In this document: positions 49,066 through 55,745 of the stretch, piece by piece | How the letters are laid out: each line of letters begins with the position of its first letter | Position numbering within the stretch: the first letter of the stretch is position 1 | DNA from: a virus | Lineage: Duplodnaviria; Caudoviricetes | IMG/VR virus record: IMGVR_UViG_3300031669_005479 | Location: 138,815-202,814 of that record | Strand: one strand, 5' to 3' | Length of the DNA stretch: 64,000 bases | The notes under the pieces: generated by a model | The model's input: the letters and a program-made list of their open reading frames with translations, nothing else | Told to the model about the DNA's origin: nothing | Database searches by the model: none | Position numbers and translations under genes: made by a program

Positions 49066-50151
49066 ATGGAAATGTTAAAAAAGGTTGATTGGAATTTGTT
49101 GAATACTTATATTGATAATAGTCATATTGTAGCAAATAAACACCCACAATATGATATTTGGATATTGAACTATTCACCAAAGGCACAATCTAATAAATTT
49201 TGGGATATATATACCCTATCTTGTCGTGGATTGGTGATTGATGTCGATGGTAATATATTAGCACGTCCATTTCAAAAATTTAAAAATTATGAAGAGCATA
49301 ATCCATCAGAAATCGATATGTCACAAGAATTTGATATTTTCGAAAAAATGGACGGTTCGTTAATCATAGTATTTTACTATGTGCCACGTATGGAATGGAT
49401 TGTCGCTTCAAGAGGTTCATTCATTTCTGAACAGTGTATGGAAGCAAAGAAAATGATTGATGTAAATATTTACAATAAACTTAAAACTGATTGTACATAT
49501 TTATTTGAAGTAATATATCCAGAAAATAGAATTGTTCTTGACTATGGAAATAGAAGAGAATTGGTATTGCTTACAAGGATTAAAACTGAATCTGGTATGG
49601 AAATGTACTATGATGATTTAGTTGCAACATATTCAAAATACTTTACTGTTGTAAAGAAATACATACTAAATGATATTCATGACCTAAATGATTTAAAAGC
49701 AATTGAAGAGGAAAACAAAGAAGGATTTGTTGTTAGATTCTTAAGTGGATTTAGAGTTAAGGTGAAATTTAGCGAATACATTAGATTGCATGGTATTTTA
49801 ACAAATGTTTCTAATCTAACTGTTTGGGAACACTTAAAAAATAATTATGATTTCGATGATTTGTTGGATAGAGTTCCAGATGAATTCTACAGTTGGCTGA
49901 AAAGAACAGTAAGGATATTACAAGGAGAATTCAATGAAATTGAAAGATTGGCGTTGAAGGATTTTGTAAGAATTTACTATACTAATGGAGTCACAGAACG
50001 CAAAGAATTTGCAATGGAAGCAATTAAAACTGAACATCGTTCAATACTGTTTAGATTGTACGATAAAAGAGGTTATGATGAAATTATTTGGAAACTGGTG
50101 AGACCAATATATTCAAAGCCATTTTCTAAAAATTTTGAAAATATTTCATAA
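49066..50151 (+). CDS. RNA ligase (T4 Rnl1/RnlA-like)
   Basis: CRGLV, RPFQKFKNY, EKMDGS (motif I), ASRGSF, YLFEVI, EGFVV, RVKVK. Confidence 0.9.
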   Translation: MEMLKKVDWNLLNTYIDNSHIVANKHPQYDIWILNYSPKAQSNKFWDIYTLSCRGLVIDVDGNILARPFQKFKNYEEHNPSEIDMSQEFDIFEKMDGSLIIVFYYVPRMEWIVASRGSFISEQCMEAKKMIDVNIYNKLKTDCTYLFEVIYPENRIVLDYGNRRELVLLTRIKTESGMEMYYDDLVATYSKYFTVVKKYILNDIHDLNDLKAIEEENKEGFVVRFLSGFRVKVKFSEYIRLHGILTNVSNLTVWEHLKNNYDFDDLLDRVPDEFYSWLKRTVRILQGEFNEIERLALKDFVRIYYTNGVTERKEFAMEAIKTEHRSILFRLYDKRGYDEIIWKLVRPIYSKPFSKNFENIS

Positions 50152-50162
50152 AAAATTAAATT

Positions 50163-50396
50163 ATGGGTGGAATATTAGAAAAGAAAGAAAATGGATGGTA
50201 TGTTAGATGGTCAGACCTACATTCATTTATCAATGGAACGCATTGGATGTGCACACCATTACATCCAACAGAAATTGTTGATGAAACAAAATATAGTGAT
50301 GGTGATGAAGTAGAATTTGAAATGGTTGTTACTACTGGTTACGATGTAGAAAATTTCATTCCATTTAGATATGTTAAACTCTTAAAACAAAAATAA
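50163..50396 (+). CDS. hypothetical protein
   Basis: 77-aa ORF. Confidence 0.6.
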   Translation: MGGILEKKENGWYVRWSDLHSFINGTHWMCTPLHPTEIVDETKYSDGDEVEFEMVVTTGYDVENFIPFRYVKLLKQK

Positions 50397-50440
50397 TATT
50401 TTATTTGTGGTAGTACTAGTATTTTTAATTAAATAATTAT

Positions 50441-50632
50441 ATGATGAAAGAAAGATATATGATTGTGAGAATAGTGAATATTCTTGCAGAAATGAAAGAT
50501 AATGGTTCGATGATAACTGAACCATGTTATCAAATAGTTGATAAAGATTATGAGACACCAGATTCTGCTTATAATGTTAAAGAAAATTATAGAGAACCGA
50601 AACACTATATCGTTGTACAATATTGGTGCTAA
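50441..50632 (+). CDS. cassette 1 hypothetical protein
   Basis: Stop codon TAA lies inside the GCTAAC box. Confidence 0.6.
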   Translation: MMKERYMIVRIVNILAEMKDNGSMITEPCYQIVDKDYETPDSAYNVKENYREPKHYIVVQYWC

Positions 50633-50758
50633 CGTCAAATGTATGGTTAGTGGCGAATTAGAAACCACAAACCTATCAAACTGAACAAAAGTAAGTAGAT
50701 AAAACAAATGTTAAACCACACACAAAACCGCCATTAACTATACATATTGTTAGGCGTA
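50627..50758. repeat. attC-like site 1
   Basis: TGCTAAC...ATGTATGGTTAGTGGCG / CGCCATTAACTATACAT...GTTAGGCGTA. Confidence 0.8.
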
Positions 50759-50780
50759 TGTGCTTTAAAATCATAAAAAT

Positions 50781-51200
50781 ATGAAATACGAATTAAGACA
50801 TCATTCATATAAACCAACTTTAGGAGGTAAAAGTGTTCTGTCGAATAAAACAATAAACGACCTTGGTGAAAGTGCATTATATTACGTAGGAACATTTAGT
50901 GAGTATAATCCATTGTATTTGGGAAACAATTCATTATTATATATAAGAAAAAACTGGACAACAGATGGGAATATACTGCACAAGATTAACTTAAAAGGAT
51001 TAAAATTTAAAGGCGGAATTAATCATTCTGGTTCTGGTATTTGCACTCATGGAGGATTCCAATTAACTAAACAAGATTTATTAAGAATTGCTAATGCTAT
51101 GGATGAAACAGATACCCTTGTTTTATCTGAAATCATACAAAAGACAGAGGAAGGAATTAAAATGTTCAAAGATGGACTAATAGAGGTTGTAGGTTCTTAG
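50781..51200 (+). CDS. cassette 2 hypothetical protein
   Basis: Flanked by GTTAGGCGTA and TACGCCTAAC. Confidence 0.7.
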   Translation: MKYELRHHSYKPTLGGKSVLSNKTINDLGESALYYVGTFSEYNPLYLGNNSLLYIRKNWTTDGNILHKINLKGLKFKGGINHSGSGICTHGGFQLTKQDLLRIANAMDETDTLVLSEIIQKTEEGIKMFKDGLIEVVGS

Positions 51201-51203
51201 CAT

Positions 51204-51301
51204 TACGCCTAACGATTGGGTATATACGAAGTACCCTAACTACAAACTTAAAAATTAGTACAAACCTTAATAGGGTATTTCGTATATACCTTGTTAGCAA
51301 A
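51204..51301. repeat. attC-like site 2
   Basis: GCCTAAC...GGTATATACGAAGTACCCTA / TAGGGTATTTCGTATATACC...GTTAGCAAA. Confidence 0.82.
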
Positions 51302-51312
51302 TCGTAAAAATT

Positions 51313-51453
51313 ATGCCAAGAGAACCACTACCATTAAAAAGAGAACATAAAGGCGATGTAACAATAAACATCGCAGATATATTTAGAAATCCTGAAATGC
51401 AAAAAGAAGCTATAAAAGGTTGCAAAAAACTTAAACCACGTAAACGTAAATAA
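51313..51453 (+). CDS. cassette 3 small protein (46 aa)
   Basis: MPREPLPLKREHKGDVTINIADIF...; flanked by GTTAGCAAA and TTTGCTAAC. Confidence 0.55.
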   Translation: MPREPLPLKREHKGDVTINIADIFRNPEMQKEAIKGCKKLKPRKRK

Positions 51454-51461
51454 TTTATATG

Positions 51462-51592
51462 TTTGCTAACGGTTTTAATATAAAACGTTGCAACATAAAG
51501 GTAAATACATGTAACAAAACTTGAAATTAAACGTATAATATAATAGAAACCACAACAGCAATGTTTTATATTTGTTGTTATAAACAGTTTCA
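51462..51592. repeat. attC-like site 3 (contains an ECF-like promoter)
   Basis: TGCTAAC...ATATAAAACGTTGC / GCAATGTTTTATAT...GTTATAAAC; TGTAAC-N16-CGTA at 51510-51535. Confidence 0.8.
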
Positions 51593-51610
51593 TCATTTAA
51601 TTTTTTTATT

Positions 51611-51775
51611 ATGAAAGAAGATAAAGTAATAAAAGCAATTGAAATATACATAAGAGAAACGGGTAATAAGTATGGTATAAGTTTAATTAAAAAATTAAAT
51701 GATTACATATACCAAATAAATGACCGAGAAATAAATATAAACACAAACTCTATTGGATACACAGATATTGAGTGA
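51611..51775 (+). CDS. cassette 4 small protein (54 aa)
   Basis: MKEDKVIKAIEIY...; flanked by GTTATAAACAGTTTCA and TGAAATTGTTTATAAC. Confidence 0.55.
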   Translation: MKEDKVIKAIEIYIRETGNKYGISLIKKLNDYIYQINDREININTNSIGYTDIE

Positions 51776-51910
51776 AATTGTTTATAACGTTGATTGTATG
51801 GCACGTTGCCACTACTAAGTTTAATTTGAAAAACAAAATATTATGATTACAGAAATAGAAAAATTGAAAAAACTACAGCAATGTGCTATACAATGTGTTA
51901 TGGCACGTAC
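51773..51910. repeat. attC-like site 4 (right arm is translated)
   Basis: TTATAAC...ATTGTATGGCACGTTGC / GCAATGTGCTATACAAT...GTTATGGCAC. Confidence 0.8.
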
Positions 51911-52151
51911 TTCTGATGCTGAATTAGCTACAAGAGCGACACGAGTTGGAGAGCTTCATTGTTTGCACATAGCAGCAACTATGAATATAGAAGAAACTGC
52001 CAAAAGCTTAACACAAATACTTGAATACAAACAAGAACTCGCAAAAGAGATGCTGCGGTGTTCGGACGAAAAAGCAACCGACCAATTAGCGGATGCAATT
52101 ACATATAGTGACGAAATGATTAAAAAGGTGCTTGGTATGTATGTGCCATAA
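51843..52151 (+). CDS. cassette 5 hypothetical protein
   Basis: Start lies inside the loop of site 4; stop in the CCATAAC box. Confidence 0.6.
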   Translation: MITEIEKLKKLQQCAIQCVMARTSDAELATRATRVGELHCLHIAATMNIEETAKSLTQILEYKQELAKEMLRCSDEKATDQLADAITYSDEMIKKVLGMYVP

Positions 52152-52435
52152 CGGCTGGCGGTATGGTGTCGGTTGCCGTTGAATAACCCACCGACTTTGA
52201 TTAAATGAACAAATGTTGAATAACTTAAATAGTGAGCGATTATGAAACAAGCGGAAATAGTAAAACAAAGATTAAATTACCACTTTAGAAAAACAGATGG
52301 TGGATGGTTAATACCAGAAAATATGCCATTTATGAATGAGTTTTTAAACGAGGTAAGTAAATTATGTGAATTAGCGAACGGTGCTGAACAAAGAGAAAGC
52401 AACTGCAATATACCGCTTGTTAGCACACGTTATTT
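52139..52435. repeat. attC-like site 5 with an expanded coding loop
   Basis: GCCATAAC...GCGGTAT...GGTTGC / GCAACT...ATACCGC..GTTAGCACAC; arms more than 200 nt apart. Confidence 0.7.
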
Positions 52436-52580
52436 TGCTAAAATTAAATACTACCCTTGCACGGGTGGAGAACCAATATGGACTGTTGATGAAGTAGATG
52501 CAACAAGTATCGAGCACGCTACCGAATTGTTTAATGATATATGGCACATGAACGCAGAAGTTAAATGCGTGTATAAATAA
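52242..52580 (+). CDS. cassette 6 hypothetical protein
   Basis: Reads through the right arm of site 5 (ESNCNIPLVSTR). Confidence 0.6.
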   Translation: MKQAEIVKQRLNYHFRKTDGGWLIPENMPFMNEFLNEVSKLCELANGAEQRESNCNIPLVSTRYFAKIKYYPCTGGEPIWTVDEVDATSIEHATELFNDIWHMNAEVKCVYK

Positions 52581-52680
52581 TGTGTGCTAACGGTTGGGTG
52601 TATGAGAAGGTTTGCTTAGATGAACTTTCAAATTACTACTAAACTTTATAGCAAACTTTCTTATACACCTTGTTATGCTC
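52575..52680. repeat. attC-like site 6
   Basis: GTGCTAAC...GGTGTATGAGAAGGTTTGCT / AGCAAACTTTCTTATACACC..GTTATGCTC. Confidence 0.82.
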
Positions 52681-52792
52681 TCGTGCCGACTTATTAACCA
52701 CAAATCTTAATTTGAAACACGAAATAAAAACAAAAAGAATTTTAGGGTGGATTTTTTAAAATTGAATATTTATATATATAAAACAAAAACCT

Positions 52793-53260
52793 ATGAGTGA
52801 AGATATACGTAAAATGATTGATAAGGTGAAAAACTTTAAGCAGTTTGTTAATGAGAATGTTGATAATTATTACACATTATATCATGGAACAAGTAGTGGT
52901 AGATTAGATTTTATTAAATCAAAACCAACCAAATTATTTTTAACTGATAGTGAAGATGTTGCAACATATTATGCTGCAAAAGGTGGTGAAGATTATTTTA
53001 TGACTAAAGAAATTGAATTTGAAAAACAATATGGCGAAACACCAGATGATTATTTTAACACACAAGAAAATGGCGAACTACCTATGTTTAAAGCATTATA
53101 TCCTAAAAATGAAACCCCAATTGTTATAAAATTTCAAATACCTAAAAGTTTAATTAAAAACATTAATGATTTTATTGGATATAAAGGTGGTGAATTATTA
53201 GTTGAACCAAATTATATTTCAGAAATTATTAGTATTGATTTTGATGATTTAGATTATTAA
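52793..53260 (+). CDS. cassette 7 protein, putative ADP-ribosyltransferase-fold with late-type leader
   Basis: MSEDIRKMIDKVKNFKQFVNE leader, LYHGTS...LFLTDSEDVATYYA; own TATTTATA motif. Confidence 0.55.
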   Translation: MSEDIRKMIDKVKNFKQFVNENVDNYYTLYHGTSSGRLDFIKSKPTKLFLTDSEDVATYYAAKGGEDYFMTKEIEFEKQYGETPDDYFNTQENGELPMFKALYPKNETPIVIKFQIPKSLIKNINDFIGYKGGELLVEPNYISEIISIDFDDLDY

Positions 53261-53329
53261 AAAGTGCGTAGGGAAATTCTTTTTGTTTTTCATCACGAAA
53301 CTCAAATTGAAACACAGAACTAAGGCATG

Positions 53330-53461
53330 GAGCATAACGGCTGCGTGTATGAAACGTTGCCATCACAGAAGTAAATAGAATGAATAAAATTATAAATTTA
53401 GTATAAACTTAAAAAAGACCACGAAAGGCAATGTTTTATACACGTTGTTATGTGGCGTTAA
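53330..53461. repeat. attC-like site 7
   Basis: GAGCATAAC...CGTGTATGAAACGTTGCC / GGCAATGTTTTATACACG..GTTATGTGGC. Confidence 0.82.
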
Positions 53462-53466
53462 TTATT

Positions 53467-53700
53467 ATGACACCAAAAAAAATTGAAACGTATGTAGATT
53501 TACCTGAATATGGTAAGTATGTACTTGTAAGTGGAATTGACAAACGAATGTATGATACTCGTAGATGGCACGTTTGTGAAATGAATGATTTGGAAGATGG
53601 ATTAGATTATCGTGATAAAGGTCAATTTTTTTGGCTTACCGAGAACGGAACTAAAATTGAAGAAGTAACACATTGGTGCGAGTTACCACCTCTTCTTTAA
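53467..53700 (+). CDS. cassette 8 hypothetical protein (DUF551-like)
   Basis: DLPEYGKYVLV...VTHWCELP; flanked by GTTATGTGGCGTTAA and TTAATGCCACATAAC. Confidence 0.65.
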   Translation: MTPKKIETYVDLPEYGKYVLVSGIDKRMYDTRRWHVCEMNDLEDGLDYRDKGQFFWLTENGTKIEEVTHWCELPPLL

Positions 53701-53771
53701 TGCCACATAACTCGTTTATATATGCACCTATTTACTAAGTAAGTGTCTGATAATCATTAAATAAATTAGTA

Positions 53772-54005
53772 ATGGCTAATGAAATAATTGGTATGTGGAT
53801 ACTTAGATATGATGATTGGTATTTAATCATTACATCTGATAAGAAAGTGTTTGACGTTAAAACAAAAAAACAACTTATTGAGTATTGGAATAATGGAACC
53901 ATTGCGTATAGATTACCATGTTCAACCAAGAAAATAGGAATTAAAACAATCAATAAGTATTGCATAAAAAGTACGGTTGTATTGCAAGAATTTTGCCCAT
54001 TTTAA
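53772..54005 (+). CDS. hypothetical protein
   Basis: 77-aa ORF. Confidence 0.55.
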   Translation: MANEIIGMWILRYDDWYLIITSDKKVFDVKTKKQLIEYWNNGTIAYRLPCSTKKIGIKTINKYCIKSTVVLQEFCPF

Positions 54006-54022
54006 AAATAATTACAAATTTT

Positions 54023-54064
54023 TGTAACATTTTGTTGTTTATTACGTATTTATACTTATATTTG
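54023..54064 (+). promoter_or_regulatory. stacked promoters of tRNA cluster 3
   Basis: TGTAAC-N16-CGTA, GTATTTAT and GTTG-N19-TATATTTG all overlap here. Confidence 0.75.
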
Positions 54065-54101
54065 TAATCTGAAAAACAAACAAAATTAAAACAATAGAAC
54101 A

Positions 54102-54194
54102 ATGAGAACTTTTGGTAAATATTATTTTAGTAAAAAATCATATAAGAAACAACTTATAGGAATCGGGAATAGTATGTCCAAAAGAAAATCATAA
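54102..54194 (+). CDS. attenuator leader peptide 3 (Lys/Tyr-rich)
   Basis: MRTFGKYYFSKKSYKKQLIGIGNSMSKRKS; AATCGGG complementary to the terminator 5' arm. Confidence 0.83.
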   Translation: MRTFGKYYFSKKSYKKQLIGIGNSMSKRKS

Positions 54195-54214
54195 TGATTT
54201 TGGAATTAAACCAT

Positions 54215-54245
54215 AAAAACCCGATTCGAAAGTTTCGGGTTTTTT
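54215..54245 (+). terminator. attenuator terminator 3
   Basis: AAAAACCCGA-ttcgaaagtt-TCGGGTTTTTT. Confidence 0.9.
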
Positions 54246-54263
54246 ATTTTTTAAAAGTGAAAT

Positions 54264-54350
54264 GTACCTATGGCTCAATTGGTAGAGCAACTGGCTTTTA
54301 ACCAGTGGGGTTGCTAACGCACGTTGAGGGTTCGAGTCCCTCTGGGTACA
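54264..54350 (+). tRNA. non-canonical tRNA-Lys(TTT) with a 19-nt variable region
   Basis: GTACCTA/TGGGTAC, ACTGG-CTTTTAA-CCAGT, variable region GGGGTTGCTAACGCACGTT. Confidence 0.88.
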
Positions 54351-54355
54351 CAAAT

Positions 54356-54428
54356 ATCTCAGTAGCTTAGTTGGTAGAGTAGGTGTCTCTTAAACATCGG
54401 GTCATGGGTTCGAATCCCATCTGAGGTA
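54356..54428 (+). tRNA. tRNA-Lys(CTT)
   Basis: ATCTCAG/CTGAGGT, GGTGT-CTCTTAA-ACATC. Confidence 0.92.
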
Positions 54429-54434
54429 CAATTT

Positions 54435-54503
54435 GGGAGTAATTCTTTGGAGAAACCAGCTCTGTAAAAGCTCACATAGTGGGTTCGATGCCCTCTACTC
54501 CCA
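54435..54503 (+). tRNA. minimal tRNA-Tyr(GTA) with no long V-arm and a 4-nt D-loop
   Basis: GGGAGTA/TACTCCC, TTCT-TTGG-AGAA, AGCT-CTGTAAA-AGCT, GGTTCGATGCC. Confidence 0.75.
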
Positions 54504-54797
54504 CTTATTTTAGTATCAATAGTTTCCAACACCTTTAATGGATTCTAGTTTAATCGAATGCACAAAAGGGGCAATTGTTTAAAAACGATTGCCTTTTTTA
54601 TTTTCGAATGTATTTCAATGTAACGTTTTGCCATTTCCATTTCAAATATTCAGTACGATTGAGGTCTTGAATTTCTTCACGAATTATCGAAATCACACTA
54701 CTCATGATTAAATTTTTTTATTCTAAATAACCTTGCACTTTAATTAAAAATGAATTATCTTTGTGCAAAATAACTTTATGCTTAAATAATTTAATAA

Positions 54798-55544
54798 ATG
54801 GCAGAGAAGAAAAAGAAGGTAACCACTACTGTTACCACTACAGTTACCGAAGAAATCATCGGTAATTCAATTAACGAAAAAACACAAATTATTTGTATTC
54901 TTGATAGAAGTGGTTCAATGTCAAGTATTATGAGTGATAGTATTGGTGGATTCAATACGTTTCTAAAACAGCAAAAAGAACTACCTGATGATGCAGCACT
55001 AACAGTTGCGTTGTTTGACGATAAATACGAATTGCTTTATGATAACATTGACATTAAAAAGGTCAAAGAACTAACAAAAAAAGAATGGTTTCCTCGTGGC
55101 ACAACTGCATTGTATGATGCAATTGGTAAAACAATCAATACTGTCAGAACAAATCGTGAGCATTTGGGTGATGAAAAACCAACCAAAGTATTGGTATGTA
55201 TTGTAACAGATGGTCTTGAAAATGCAAGCAAGGAATACAGAATTTCCGAAATTAAGGAACTCATAAAAAATTGTGAAAAAGATGACTGGAATTTTATATA
55301 TCTTGCTGCAAATCAAGATGCATTTGATATTGGTAGTTCATTTGGTATAAGTGGTAGCAATACGTATACATATACTGCTTCGGCAGCGGGTGTGTATAAT
55401 ATGTCAAACACATTAAATGCTTCTGCATCCACATATCGAAGCATGAGCATGTTTGATGCAGATTTTGATAAAAAATCAAAATCTTTGATAAATGATTATA
55501 GTGGAAGCGCAATACCCACTATTCTTACTAAAGATACGAAATAA
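54798..55544 (+). CDS. von Willebrand factor A domain protein
   Basis: ILDRSGSM (DxSxS MIDAS), GTTALYDA, IVTDGLENAS. Confidence 0.9.
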   Translation: MAEKKKKVTTTVTTTVTEEIIGNSINEKTQIICILDRSGSMSSIMSDSIGGFNTFLKQQKELPDDAALTVALFDDKYELLYDNIDIKKVKELTKKEWFPRGTTALYDAIGKTINTVRTNREHLGDEKPTKVLVCIVTDGLENASKEYRISEIKELIKNCEKDDWNFIYLAANQDAFDIGSSFGISGSNTYTYTASAAGVYNMSNTLNASASTYRSMSMFDADFDKKSKSLINDYSGSAIPTILTKDTK

Positions 55545-55745
55545 TTTTCCTTTTTTTTATTATATTTTTTTCTTTATTTATGGGAGCAAATTGCTCCCAT
55601 TTTTTATTAAAAGTTTGTGAATGAATTTGTTGAAAAATTTTCAAAAATATAACATTTTTTCATAATAAAAATCAATAATACCTTGTATTTATGATGGACA
55701 AACAATATATTTGTAAACATAATTTTTATAAAAAATTTTTAATTT

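Larger units (their letters stand above)
50408..53711 (+). mobile_element. integron-like gene cassette array (8 cassettes, attC-like sites, no integrase in the window)
   Basis: Intergenic imperfect hairpins start with TAAC and end with GTTA; each cassette's left GTTA box is the reverse complement of its own right TAAC box. Confidence 0.8.

Noticed and set aside
50627-53461. Intergenic hairpins as CRISPR repeats or plain terminators
   Set aside because: The hairpins differ in sequence, lack U-tails and enclose whole genes; the cassette-specific end complementarity fits attC-like sites better.
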